A DNA stretch of 64,000 nt. Origin: an uncultured Planctomycetota bacterium. Its GTDB lineage: Bacteria > Planctomycetota > Planctomycetia > Pirellulales > Lacipirellulaceae. Below the pieces are notes generated by a model. It saw only the letters and a program-made list of their open reading frames with translations, made no database searches and was not told where the DNA came from. The stretch is from contig CAVRBU010000002.1 in NCBI GenBank assembly GCA_963719315.1, forward strand, positions 384,001-448,000, in the 5' to 3' direction. Below, piece by piece: positions 10,607-21,124 of the stretch (its first letter is position 1; each line of letters begins with the position of its first letter). Made by a program: the position numbers and the translations under genes.

Positions 10607-11172
10607 GTGCGATTCATGGCCGAGCCGTCCCGGCTCGGCGTCCCGCAATCACCTTCACCGCAACTTGGAACCGACGCGCTGCCGGAACGACCAGGCTATC
10701 CGGCTTCACGCTGCTCGAAATCATTCTCGCGCTTGCAATCCTGGCTGGTTCGCTGGCGGCGTTGGGAGAGGTGATGCGGCTGGCCGGGCAGAATGCGTCT
10801 ATGACAGAAGGTGAAACGCAGGCTCAAATTCTGGCGGCGTCGGTCATGGACGAGTTCGCGTCAGGCGCTCGGCAGTTGGCGGCTGTGAATCAAGTCTCGC
10901 TCGATTCAACTTCCGATCCGCCGTGGGTTTACTCGGTCGCCCTCGAAGATACGGGCCATCAGGAATTGGTCGCCGTTCGCGTTTCGATCGCGCAACAGCT
11001 TGATGCCCGGTTGCAACCGGCCCGATTTGAATTGGTGCGTTGGATGCCGAATCCGAATTACGTGCCGCAGGACACGAGCGATCAAAGCGATACGACATCG
11101 ACGAATTCTACCACCGGTTCGTCTTCGATTTCGGGCGGCTCATCCTCCAGCAACAGCGGAGGCCAGAAATGA
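10603..11172 (+). CDS. Minor pseudopilin, GspI-like
   Basis: GFTLLEIILALAIL; operon position. Confidence 0.8.
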   Translation: MSAIHGRAVPARRPAITFTATWNRRAAGTTRLSGFTLLEIILALAILAGSLAALGEVMRLAGQNASMTEGETQAQILAASVMDEFASGARQLAAVNQVSLDSTSDPPWVYSVALEDTGHQELVAVRVSIAQQLDARLQPARFELVRWMPNPNYVPQDTSDQSDTTSTNSTTGSSSISGGSSSSNSGGQK

Positions 11173-12395
11173 TGGGTTCGGTCCTGAAACGGCGGCATGT
11201 GAAAGCCCGGAGCAGCCCTATGGGCTTTCGTAACCTGGACCTGAGGGCCGTACATTCACGGCGCGGCGCCTTCACGCTGTTTGAAGTCATTCTTTCGGTC
11301 GCACTGGCGGCGGTGCTGCTTGCGCTCATAGGCACTGCCATTAATCTGTATTTGACGCGTGTCGACTCCGACCGCACGCGCGTAGAGGAAGCTCAACTTG
11401 CACGGAGCGTGCTGGCGATGATTACCGACGACATCCGCGAGGCGTCGGTCTATCAAAAGCAAGACACGTCGGCTATCGCCAAGTTGATGGCGGCCGGCAC
11501 GCCGTTCGATGTGGATTCGATCGACAAGGCTCGCGAGGGAGGTGCCGCTACCAGCGGCCCTGGCGGCTCCACGGCGATTGCAAAACTCAGTTCGCTTTCG
11601 AGCACTTCCGGCGGAGGCGGTTCATCGAGCGGTGGGTCCTCTTCCACCGGCGGCACGTCGAACGAGGAATCGGACGACACCATGCCGTTGGGTCTCAACG
11701 GGCAGGCCGACGACTTGTATGTCGATGTCACGCGGATGCCGCGTCAGGAGGAGTTGTTTGCGACGGTCACGGGCTACACGAATGCGCCCTCGGCGGCGTC
11801 CTCAAGTACGGGCCCGCCGGGATCCTCGGCGAGCTCGGCCGAGGCGATGCCACCGGCGGATTTGAAAACCGTCCACTATTACATTCGCCCCGGCAATGGT
11901 GTCGAGGCGGGCAGCGCGGCGGTCACGTCGCTCGCGCCCGACGCCCAAGCGAGCGCCGGCGGCCTGGTGCGAGAGGAGATACCGCGCCGCCTGCGGGTCT
12001 TCGCCGAGCAAACCGGCGGCACCGACACAACAACGTCGGGCGCGGCGCTTATCGCACCGGAGGTTGTGCAGCTTCAGTTTCGCTATTTCGACGGATCGCA
12101 GTTGCTCGATACGTGGGATATGAAGGAGTTGAAGAAGTTGCCGACTGCCATCGAAGTTTGCGTTTGGCTTAGGTCCGCTCGAGCCAATGCGGGCGGCGAT
12201 AATGTTTCGTCCACCGAATTGAATGGGGCGCACGAATATCGCCAAGTTGTCTACTTGCCGATGTCGCAGATCTCGGAAGCCAGTGCGGCGAACGGATCCG
12301 GGAGTTCCTCGGATGCCAGCGCTGCCGACGACGCGTCTACCTCATCGCCCGATTCGTCCTCTTCCGGTTCAGGATCGGCGTTTGGCGACCTGTAA
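11169..12395 (+). CDS. Minor pseudopilin, GspJ-like
   Basis: AFTLFEVIL; APEVVQLQFRYFDG...WD...LPTAIEV; ATGA overlap. Confidence 0.8.
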   Translation: MMGSVLKRRHVKARSSPMGFRNLDLRAVHSRRGAFTLFEVILSVALAAVLLALIGTAINLYLTRVDSDRTRVEEAQLARSVLAMITDDIREASVYQKQDTSAIAKLMAAGTPFDVDSIDKAREGGAATSGPGGSTAIAKLSSLSSTSGGGGSSSGGSSSTGGTSNEESDDTMPLGLNGQADDLYVDVTRMPRQEELFATVTGYTNAPSAASSSTGPPGSSASSAEAMPPADLKTVHYYIRPGNGVEAGSAAVTSLAPDAQASAGGLVREEIPRRLRVFAEQTGGTDTTTSGAALIAPEVVQLQFRYFDGSQLLDTWDMKELKKLPTAIEVCVWLRSARANAGGDNVSSTELNGAHEYRQVVYLPMSQISEASAANGSGSSSDASAADDASTSSPDSSSSGSGSAFGDL

Positions 12396-12425
12396 GGTTC
12401 AAATAGTAGAATTGGCGACAATCAA

Positions 12426-14104
12426 ATGAAGCTTCTACGAAAGCCAGATCGCGAACTTCGCCGAGCCAGCGCGTTGCTCCTGACGCTTGTGGTCGTGGCG
12501 ATGCTCACGCTTGGTGCCGCCGCGTTCTTCGAGCGAATGTATGCCGAGCATCAGGCCGAGCGGGCCCACGGGCGACAACTACAGGCCAGCAACCTGGCCG
12601 AATCCGGAATCGAATACGCTAAAACGGTGCTCGCCCAAGATCCGGAAACGATTCTGCAGTCCGGCGGCATGTACAACAACCCGAGCGTGTTTCAGGGCGT
12701 TCTGGTGAACGACGATTCGCTGGCCGCTTATCGTGGGCGGTTCACGATCGTTGCCCCCGATCTCACGACCGATGGTTATTACGGCGGCATTCGCTACGGC
12801 CTGGAAAACGAATCTTCCCGCTTGAACCTCAACACCGTGCTACTGGCCGATGCGTCGGGAGTAGGCTCGGCTCGTAAGTTGCTGATGACGCTGCCCGGTA
12901 TGACCGAATCGATCGCCGACGCGATTTTAGATTGGATCGATCCCGATGATGAACCGCGTGATCTTGCGCGGAACGCGACTACTACGGCGCGCTACCCCAC
13001 CCCTACGCACCCCGCAATGGCCCGTTGGGGTCGATCGAAGAACTTCTTCTCGTGCGCGATGTGACGCCCGCTTTGCTGTTCGGCGCCGATCTCAATCGTA
13101 ACGGCCAGATCGATGGCAACGAGCAGAATCTGACGCAGATCGACAACGCCGATAATTCAACGGGCGAGCTCAATCGTGGGTGGGCGGCGTATCTCACGCT
13201 CGATAGCACGGAGGCCAATGTCCGCCCCGACGGTAAGCCGAAGATCGATGTCAACATGGACAACCTTGAAGAGTTGCAAAAGCAACTCCTCGAAGTCTTC
13301 ACTGCGGACGAAGCCAATTTCATCGTCGCGTTCCGCCAGGGCGGCGCTTACGACGGCAAAGAGTCCAGCAAACCAATCTCCGACGTAAAGGTCGACCCCA
13401 AGCAGCGCGGAAGTGTGCGGCTCACGACTATACTCGATTTGATCGGCGCCAAAACGCGGATTGCCAAATCGGGGCAAAGTGGCGGCGGCTCATCGTCGAA
13501 TGGAAGCAGTGGTAATTCAGGTGGTGGGCAGAGCGGGCAGCAATCGAGCGGCCAAGACGGAAGCAAGAGCGGTGGCGGCTCTGGTGGCGAAAGCAGCAAT
13601 AACAGCCGCGTCGTCATCGACCCGGCCTTTCCCGACGACCCGGGCGCGATGCAAAACTACCTGCCGAAGTTGATGGATTATCTGGCCGTCAACTCCGCGC
13701 CAACTATCCCCGGACGGCTAAACATCAACCAGGCGCCGCGCGCTCTGATCGCGGGCATACCCGGGCTGGAGCCTACCCAGGTGGATCAAATCATTTCGAA
13801 TCGCGATGTAACATTGGGCGAGCAGCACCCCGAGCAAAAGTACGAAACTTGGTTATTGCAAACCAGCGTCGTGGACCTTCCGACAATGAAAAAGCTGATG
13901 TCGCTGGTCACTGCCGGCGGCAATGTCTACCGGGCCCAGGTGGTCGGTTTCTTTGACGAAGCGGGCTCGGCCGACCGGGTCGAAGTCGTGATCGACGCCA
14001 CGCAATCTCCGCCGATCGTCCGCCGCCGGTGGAGCCTACGGGAATTGGGCCCCGGCTATTCGCCGGAGGTTTTGGGCGTCCCGGCAACCGACGACGCGAG
14101 GTAA
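12426..14104 (+). CDS. gspK: GspK-like pseudopilin (apparent 1-bp deletion near 12966)
   Basis: AESG, ENESSRLNLN, ADAILDWIDPDD; restoring one G gives LGAERDYY...PRNGPLGSIEELLLV; GRLNINQAP. Confidence 0.8.
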
Positions 14105-14221
14105 GTCGGCTGTGTACAATGAAGCAGTCCACAAAACGGGGCGGATTCGGCGTAGTCTCCGACGCTGAAGGCCGTTGCGCACGTTTGTTCAACCCTGAAC
14201 ATTGAACCCTGAATCTTCCGC

Positions 14222-15730
14222 ATGCCCAAGATTCTTGCTATCGACTGGGATCGCCATGAAGTTCGCGGTTTGCTCGTATCGGCTGGGCCGACGGGCACGA
14301 GCGTCGCTGGTGCTTGGGCTGCATCACTAGCAACCAGCGAACCTGACGGTCTCAACGGCAAGCAAATTGGTACGCGGCTAGCCGCGGCGATAGGCGGCGC
14401 CGTTTCCGGCAAAGTGACGACACTCGTCGGCGTCGGCCGCGACAACGTTCAGATGAAACTGATGACGTTGCCACCCGCGCCGCTCGATGAACTGCCGGAT
14501 ATGGTCCACTTTCAAGCGGAGCGCGAATTCACCGCGCTCGGCACCGATGCGGCGCTCGATTTCATTCCGCTCGCGGGCGACGCGACGTTTCCCAATCAGG
14601 TGCTCGCGCTTGCACTCAATGCAGAGGGCATGGCAGAAGCCCGCGAGATCTGTGAAGCGATCGGCGTCGAGTTGGATCGAATACCGGTTCGCGGATGCGC
14701 GGCCGCAGCGCTCGTTAGTCGAGCGGGTTTGGTCGATCCAGAAAAAGTGATGCTGGTCGTCAATCCACTGACCGACGAGGCCGACCTGGCCGCGCAGACG
14801 GGCGACAAAATTCTGTTATTGCGCACCGTGAGATTGCCGGACCCTAGCCAGCCAGAGGCACGGCAACGGGCGCTAGTCGGCGAAATCCGGCGAACCATGG
14901 CGGCTGTTCGCCAGCAAACAACCGATCAACAGGTTAGCCAGGTAATCGTCTTTGGCGCCGATGGGCCGGCCGCAACGGGTAGCGCCTTGGCCGGTGAGTT
15001 GGACGTCCCGGTTACCTCTTTCGATCCGACGACTCAAGCGCCGTCTGGGATTACAATGAAGGGGCTATCGCGCGAGAGTCTGGGACGATTCGGTGCGGTG
15101 CTAGGCATGGCGCTGGGCGAGGCGGAGCGTCGGCCGCCGATTGTCGATTTTTCGAATGTCCGCCGCCGAATCGAGGCCCGCCGTTTCGGCCGGCAACACG
15201 CGTTGGCCGCAATTGCCGCAGGGCTAGTCGCGGTTTTCGTCGGCGGGTATCTCTATTACCAATTGTCTGAGCCGGCTCGAGAACTGGCCGCCTTGCAAAA
15301 ACAAATTCGTGAAGTGCAGTCGCAAGCCGACACGTTCAAAAACGTGACCGCCCAGGCGGCGGCCATTGATCGCTGGCTGGCGACCGACGTCAATTGGCTC
15401 GACGAGCTCAATCAATTCGCGCTTCGCGTACGCCCGCAGCCGCTGTCGGCCAAGGATTTCCCGATAGCCGACGACGCCGTGATTACGCAGCTCGTCTTGC
15501 AGCGGCCGCCGGGAAACAACGCGACCGGCGGCAAGATGGATGTTCAGGCCGTGGGGAAGAGCCCGGCCGCGGTTGCCGCGCTCGAAAGCCGTCTGCGCGA
15601 TGGAACTCGAACCGTTTCCACTGGAATCGGCAAGCTCGATAAGAGCGTACCCGGTTACGATTGGTCGTTCGGGCTGGACATGCGAGTGCCGCCCGCCGAC
15701 GAACCGGTAGCGGAGGCGCCCAAGAAATGA
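14222..15730 (+). CDS. GspL/PilM-like T2SS accessory protein
   Basis: LAIDWD, LPPAPLDELPDMVHFQA actin-like N-terminus, one TM helix, coiled coil. Confidence 0.75.
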   Translation: MPKILAIDWDRHEVRGLLVSAGPTGTSVAGAWAASLATSEPDGLNGKQIGTRLAAAIGGAVSGKVTTLVGVGRDNVQMKLMTLPPAPLDELPDMVHFQAEREFTALGTDAALDFIPLAGDATFPNQVLALALNAEGMAEAREICEAIGVELDRIPVRGCAAAALVSRAGLVDPEKVMLVVNPLTDEADLAAQTGDKILLLRTVRLPDPSQPEARQRALVGEIRRTMAAVRQQTTDQQVSQVIVFGADGPAATGSALAGELDVPVTSFDPTTQAPSGITMKGLSRESLGRFGAVLGMALGEAERRPPIVDFSNVRRRIEARRFGRQHALAAIAAGLVAVFVGGYLYYQLSEPARELAALQKQIREVQSQADTFKNVTAQAAAIDRWLATDVNWLDELNQFALRVRPQPLSAKDFPIADDAVITQLVLQRPPGNNATGGKMDVQAVGKSPAAVAALESRLRDGTRTVSTGIGKLDKSVPGYDWSFGLDMRVPPADEPVAEAPKK

Positions 15731-16704
15731 ACAAACGCGAGCGCATACTGGCCGGAGCGGTGTTGGCGCTGGCCGTCCTGTTGGGCGGCGGCTCACTGTA
15801 CAAGAGCTACAGCGGTGCGCTCGCCGCACGCCGTTCGCACGTGGAAGACGCCCGGAAGCGCTTGGGCGACGCCAATCGCACCCTTGCCACGGGTCGCGAT
15901 GCGGCCCGCAAGATCGATGAATTGAAAAAACGATCGATGCCGACCGACCGCGAGAAAGCGCTCTCGTTGTACAAGGCCTGGCTGCTCACGAAGGCGAAGT
16001 CCTCCGGCCTGACAGTCAACGACATCAAACTAGCGCCGCGGACCACGCTATCAACCGCATTCGACGCAATTGGTTACAACATTGAAGCGACCGGCACATT
16101 GTCGTCGGTCGTTTCCATGCTGTACGAATTCTATCGCAGCCCACAGTTGCAACAGATCACGCGGCTGCGGCTTGTCCGCCCGCCTGGGGCCACGCAACTG
16201 ACGGTGACGCTGGAAGTCGAAGCATTGTGCCTGGCCGGCGCGACGGCGACGGACAGTTTACCGGAAGGCGACTCGAAACGGCTCAAGCTGGCGAGCGCTG
16301 CCGAATACCTGAAGAGCCTGGGAGAGCGCGATCTGGCGACCGTGTACACGCCACCGCGCCCGCCGGGCCCGCCGCCGACCGTGCGACGCGAGACGCCGGC
16401 GGTGCCGAAGTTCGATGAGTCGGAGTTAGCGCGATTGACGGGGACGATTAATATCGGCGACGGCTGGCAGGCCTGGGTTTACGTCCGCTCGACCGGCGAG
16501 ATGTTGCACTTGGTGGCGGGCGACACGGTAAAAGTAGGAGCGCTCGAGGGCACGATCGAATCGGTCGCCGATCGTTCTCTCGTGCTGAAGACCGGAGACA
16601 AAAAATACCGCGTGGCGCTCGGCCAATCACTTCGCAGCGGTAAAGAACTTGATGCCGACGGCAATGTGAAAGCTACTTCTCCGAGCGAACCGCCGAAGAG
16701 CTAG
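15727..16704 (+). CDS. GspM/PilO-like T2SS accessory protein
   Basis: MNKRERIL, N-terminal TM helix, coiled coil; last gene of the operon. Confidence 0.65.
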   Translation: MNKRERILAGAVLALAVLLGGGSLYKSYSGALAARRSHVEDARKRLGDANRTLATGRDAARKIDELKKRSMPTDREKALSLYKAWLLTKAKSSGLTVNDIKLAPRTTLSTAFDAIGYNIEATGTLSSVVSMLYEFYRSPQLQQITRLRLVRPPGATQLTVTLEVEALCLAGATATDSLPEGDSKRLKLASAAEYLKSLGERDLATVYTPPRPPGPPPTVRRETPAVPKFDESELARLTGTINIGDGWQAWVYVRSTGEMLHLVAGDTVKVGALEGTIESVADRSLVLKTGDKKYRVALGQSLRSGKELDADGNVKATSPSEPPKS

Positions 16705-16706
16705 TC

Positions 16707-16771
16707 GCAGCACGGACAATCCTGTCCGATTGCGATGGCATGTTTTGGACGAACAGGATTGCCCGCCCTAC
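16707..16771. repeat. Degenerate REP doublet between convergent genes
   Basis: GCAGCACGGACAATCCTGTCCG ... CGAACAGGATTGCCCGCCCTAC (GTAG-type end). Confidence 0.65.
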
Positions 16772-16773
16772 AA

Positions 16774-17319
16774 TCACACGGCGACACCGGCTGCCCTGGC
16801 TTGTTGGACGCCGACGAACGACATGTTGGCTTTGAGGCACGTTTGACGAAACGTTTCCGGGCGTGGCACGCCCCAGATGCGAAATGTTTCGGTCGCGCCC
16901 TGGCGGAAAACGAGGTCGCCCGCCTTGTACCAGGCCTGGCCTGATTCCACGACGATCTCGATCGAATCAAAGCGGTCGAGTGACACGCCCTTCAACTCGC
17001 CGCCGAACGGGTTTTCGACAACCACGCGGCGATTCGTCAGCCGATACTGCCAGCACCACGGATTCTTGATGCCGAGGACAATCCCGGGAAACCTTGGCAG
17101 CCGCATCAAGAAATACAGCGCGACCATGAACGGTATGGACACTAGCGCAAATAGCCGGCCCAGCGTCAGCGGTACGCCGAACACTGGGAAACCCAGTTCG
17201 ATGGCGAACAGCCGGCCCCAAAACCGCCCAAAGGCCGTGGCCGACAGTGATGGCCACACGGTCATCACTGTAACTTCCTTCAATTGCGACGGGGCCACGC
17301 CCGCGACCGGTTGATTCAT
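16774..17319 (-). CDS. Membrane protein with bacterial PH domain
   Basis: TM helices then YRLTNRRVVV...GDLVF, typical of bPH domains. Confidence 0.7.
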   Translation of the reverse strand: MNQPVAGVAPSQLKEVTVMTVWPSLSATAFGRFWGRLFAIELGFPVFGVPLTLGRLFALVSIPFMVALYFLMRLPRFPGIVLGIKNPWCWQYRLTNRRVVVENPFGGELKGVSLDRFDSIEIVVESGQAWYKAGDLVFRQGATETFRIWGVPRPETFRQTCLKANMSFVGVQQARAAGVAV

Positions 17320-17557
17320 GGGGAGCCGAGAGCTAAGAGTCGAGGTTCAAGAGCCAGCGTGGCGACGCCCGCACTGCGGGAAATTGCCAGGCAACAACGA
17401 ATTGCCAGATGCTGGAAGCTACCAAAATGCACGTCATTTGGCTAGGCCCGCTGCTTCCCCTATGCTTGGAAGTTGGCTGAACTACGCGACTCATATGTCC
17501 CGCGAACGGAAACGCAACAGCTTTTAGCTCCGCTTCTGGCTCTCGACTCTCAACTTT

Positions 17558-18262
17558 ATGCACATCTGCCTCCTCGATATTGACGGCACGCTGCTGCTGA
17601 CGGGCGGCGCTGGTCAGGCGGCCTTCGCTGAAGCGCTGGCGGCCGACTTCGGCATCCCCGAAATATCCAAAAACGTTCCGTTCGCTGGACGCAGCGATCG
17701 GGCGATTGTCGCCGATTTGTTCCGGAGCCATGGCGTTGAGGTCTCTGAGGAAAACTGGCTGCGTTTTTGTGCCAGCTATTTGAGCCGCTTGGATTCCGCG
17801 CTGGCCAAACAGCAAGGACACGTGTTGCCAGGCGTCGTCGAACTGCTCACGTCATTGGCCGGCCGAGGCGACATTGCGCTGGGCCTGCTGACGGGGAATG
17901 TCCGGGAGGGCGCTCGTCGGAAGCTTGCCCACTACGATCTTTGGCATTGGTTTCCGTTTGGCGGCTTTGGCGATGAGCACGTCGAGCGGAATTCAATTGC
18001 CGCGGCAGCATTGGCGGCCGCCAAGCTGCACTTGAATGGCCGCGATTCGGCGTCCCCGATAGGTGGCTTGGCTTCTAACCCCAGCGAAATAGTTGTTATC
18101 GGCGATACGCTCAACGATATCGCGTGCGGCCGATCGATCAGTGCCCGGTGCGTAGCGGTGGCGACCGGTCACTCCCCGATGAGCGAATTGCGTGGCGGTC
18201 GCCCGGATGTGCTTGTGGAAACACTTCAAGTCGCCGAACCGATTCTGGCCCTTTTCAAGTAG
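17558..18262 (+). CDS. HAD-family hydrolase
   Basis: DIDGTL, LLTGN, VIGDTLND. Confidence 0.92.
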   Translation: MHICLLDIDGTLLLTGGAGQAAFAEALAADFGIPEISKNVPFAGRSDRAIVADLFRSHGVEVSEENWLRFCASYLSRLDSALAKQQGHVLPGVVELLTSLAGRGDIALGLLTGNVREGARRKLAHYDLWHWFPFGGFGDEHVERNSIAAAALAAAKLHLNGRDSASPIGGLASNPSEIVVIGDTLNDIACGRSISARCVAVATGHSPMSELRGGRPDVLVETLQVAEPILALFK

Positions 18263-18367
18263 CCAGATTCGTCAAATATCTGTCCGACCTCGAAGGTCGA
18301 CCAATGTTGCATCGCTTCGAATGGGAATTTTGACGTAGAAAAAGAGGCAGTAAATGCTCCGCGAGGA

Positions 18368-18431
18368 TTGACCCACGATGTTCCCATTGCCCATAATTCA
18401 ACAAGTTCAACCATTTGCAAGGTTTGGCAAG
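18368..18431 (+). promoter_or_regulatory. Candidate sigma70 promoter with overlapping 9-bp-periodic repeats
   Basis: TTGACC-18 bp-CATAAT, then TTCAAC(18397), TTCAAC(18406), TTGCAAG(18415), TTGGCAAG(18424). Confidence 0.45.
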
Positions 18432-18441
18432 GGCCAGTGCG

Positions 18442-20820
18442 ATGGCGCAACCCAATCTAACTGCCCCAAATTTCGCCAGTTGCTTGACCATCGGTGAAGC
18501 GGCGGAATTCCTGGGAGTTTCTTCCGCAACACTGCGGAATTGGGACCGGTCGGGGAAATTAAAACCGCGCCGGCATCCCCAGAACGGCTATCGCATCTAC
18601 CTCCACGAGGATTTGCAAGCTGTATTGCGTTCCGCTGATCTCGACACGCTCGACGATGAGTCGTTTGCCCCGCAGGTCGATTGGACCAAGATGGGCGAGG
18701 CGGAGCACTTCGTTCAGTTCTACGAGAGCGACCCGTTTCTGATCGAGTGCGTCGGCGGCTTCGTCGTTGCTGCGCTCCGCGAAGGCGCGTGCGGCTTAGT
18801 GTTGGCCACGGCCGACCACCGAAGAGAGCTCGAGCGCAGGTTTGCTGCCGAAGGCGTAGATTTTCGGGAGGCTGAAGCCACGGGTCGATTTGTAGTGTGC
18901 GATGCCGGCGATATGCTGTCGCATCTCATAGTCGATGGCGCACCTAATCCGCAGCGATTTCATGAAACGATTGGCGGGTTTGTGGCGCAATTGTCAAAGC
19001 GTGGCAAGCGTGTTCACGCCTTCGGCGAGATGGTCGCATTGCTTTGGGCCGACGGCAACCGCGATGGCGCCATCGCCTTGGAACAACTGTGGAACGAATT
19101 GGCGAAGCAACACAAGTTCGCCCTATTTTGCGCATATCCCGTTGAAGTCTTTGCAAAAGGCGACCTGGCAGCTTCATTCGAAAGCGTTTGCGGGTGTCAT
19201 ACGCGAGTCATCCCGGCCGAGAGTTATTCGGGCATCGATTGCGAAGACGACCGCCTGCGTGCCATCGGTTTGTTGCAGCAGAAGGCCTATTCTCTGCAGG
19301 CCGAAATCGAACATCGACAGGAGGTGGAGAAGTCGCTCCTCAAACGCGAGCGCGAACTGGCCGATTTCTTTGAAAACGCCACCGAAGGTTTGCACAAAGT
19401 CGGCGCCGACGGCACCATTCTGTGGGCCAACAAGGCCGAATATGACCTGCTCGGCTACGCCGCGGAGGAATACATCGGTCATCCTATCACCGAATTCCAT
19501 GCCGATGCGGATGTGATCGCCGATATCCTGCGGCGGCTTCAGCAAGGCGAGTTGCTGGTCAACTTCCCTGCTCGGCTGCGGTGCAAGGACGGCGCCATCA
19601 AGCACGTGCTGATCAGTTCCAACGGCTGCTTCGAAGACGGCAAGTTTCTCTACACTCGCTGTTTTACACGGGATGTCACGCAGCAATGGCAGGCCGAAAA
19701 GACGTTGCGTGAGACCGATTGCCGCAAAGACGAATTCCTGGCCACCCTCTCGCACGAGCTCCGCAATCCGCTTGCGCCGATTCGCAACGCCTTGGAGTTG
19801 CTCAATAACGACGGCAACGCCGCCGCACGTACGGAAGCGACCAGAATCATCCATCGCCAAGTCGGGCATCTGACTCGGCTGGTCGAAGATTTGCTGGATA
19901 TCAGCCGCATCACGCGCGACAAAATCAGTTTGCGGAAAGAAGATGTTGAGCTCGCCCCGCTCATTCACAGCGCGGTCGAAACTTGCCGGCCCGCGATCGA
20001 CGCGGCCCATCAGCGACTTCACGTGACACTTCCGGAACAATCCGTCCGCTTGTTCGCGGACCCCGCGCGGCTGGCGCAGGTCTTCGCGAATTTGCTGAAC
20101 AATGCGGCCAAGTTCACTCCGGCCGGCGGGGAGATTTGGATCGATGGCCGGAAAGAGGGACGCGAAGTCGTTGTCAGCATGCGCGACAACGGCGTCGGCA
20201 TTTCCTGTGAAGCGCTGGCTCACGTGTTTGACATGTTTTGCCAAGCCGACCAATCGCTCGAGAAATCGCAGGGCGGCTTGGGCATCGGTCTCACACTAGT
20301 GCGGCGGCTCGTTGAGCTACACGGCGGCACGGTCAACGCCCAAAGCGAAGGAATCGGAAAAGGCAGCGAGTTCACCGTGCGCTTGCCGGCGGCATTTGCC
20401 GCGCCGCGAGCGAAGAATCGATCCACGCCGGCCGATAAGCCGGCCATTGCCAAGCGTCGCATCCTAGTTGTGGACGACAACAAGGACTCCGGCGACACTC
20501 TGTCGCTGCTGCTGAAGGTAAAGGGACACGATGTACACACCGCCCGCGATGGCCTCGAGGCGATCGACAAAGCGGCGGAGTTCCGGCCGGAAATCATCCT
20601 AATGGACCTCGGCATGCCTAAACTCAACGGCTACGATGCCACGCGGCGGATTCGCGAAACGCCCGAGGGGCGCGACATCTACATCGTCGCACTCACCGGC
20701 TGGGGCCAGGCGAGCGACGTCGCTCGTTCGTTAGAGGCCGGATGTTCAGCGCACCTGGTGAAGCCGGTCGATTTTGCCGAACTCGATCGACTGCTGGCCG
20801 CCGCGCCCATGATCGGCTAG
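18442..20820 (+). CDS. Hybrid histidine kinase: MerR-like HTH, MEDS, PAS, HisKA, HATPase, receiver
   Basis: LTIGEAAEFLGVSSATLRNWD..GYRIY; HFVQFY..AFGEMVALLW..CAYP; PAS; SHELRNPL; NNAAKF, DNGVG, GLGIGL; VVDDN..MDLGMP..KP. Confidence 0.9.
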   Translation: MAQPNLTAPNFASCLTIGEAAEFLGVSSATLRNWDRSGKLKPRRHPQNGYRIYLHEDLQAVLRSADLDTLDDESFAPQVDWTKMGEAEHFVQFYESDPFLIECVGGFVVAALREGACGLVLATADHRRELERRFAAEGVDFREAEATGRFVVCDAGDMLSHLIVDGAPNPQRFHETIGGFVAQLSKRGKRVHAFGEMVALLWADGNRDGAIALEQLWNELAKQHKFALFCAYPVEVFAKGDLAASFESVCGCHTRVIPAESYSGIDCEDDRLRAIGLLQQKAYSLQAEIEHRQEVEKSLLKRERELADFFENATEGLHKVGADGTILWANKAEYDLLGYAAEEYIGHPITEFHADADVIADILRRLQQGELLVNFPARLRCKDGAIKHVLISSNGCFEDGKFLYTRCFTRDVTQQWQAEKTLRETDCRKDEFLATLSHELRNPLAPIRNALELLNNDGNAAARTEATRIIHRQVGHLTRLVEDLLDISRITRDKISLRKEDVELAPLIHSAVETCRPAIDAAHQRLHVTLPEQSVRLFADPARLAQVFANLLNNAAKFTPAGGEIWIDGRKEGREVVVSMRDNGVGISCEALAHVFDMFCQADQSLEKSQGGLGIGLTLVRRLVELHGGTVNAQSEGIGKGSEFTVRLPAAFAAPRAKNRSTPADKPAIAKRRILVVDDNKDSGDTLSLLLKVKGHDVHTARDGLEAIDKAAEFRPEIILMDLGMPKLNGYDATRRIRETPEGRDIYIVALTGWGQASDVARSLEAGCSAHLVKPVDFAELDRLLAAAPMIG

Positions 20821-20917
20821 CCAAGATTTCAATTTACGAGCAACACCGCAAATCTCCCACGACGATTTGCTGCGTCCTAGCGACTACCTGAATTGTTTGA
20901 CGCGACAGACGACTTCA

Positions 20918-21124
20918 ATGATCCCGCCGGCTTCTGATCATCCCAAATGCCCGCGCTGTGGAAGCGCCACTGCCTCGCTGTGCGGACAGTCCATTCAATA
21001 TGTCCCCGCCGAATGGCCCGATCAGCCGTTGCAAGTACGTGAGCTGCACACGCTGGCGTACCGGTGCGACAGCGGACTGGCCTTCACGCAAACGGTCAAG
21101 GGCGACGATCGGCCGAAGGCCTGA
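20918..21124 (+). CDS. Small hypothetical protein with zinc-ribbon-like motif
   Basis: CPRCGS ... YRCDSGLAF; 68 aa. Confidence 0.45.
   Translation: MIPPASDHPKCPRCGSATASLCGQSIQYVPAEWPDQPLQVRELHTLAYRCDSGLAFTQTVKGDDRPKA

Noticed and set aside
18442..18640. IS607 transposase remnant
   Set aside because: No serine recombinase or TnpB sequence; the HTH is fused in-frame to an intact kinase, although an IS607-like origin cannot be excluded
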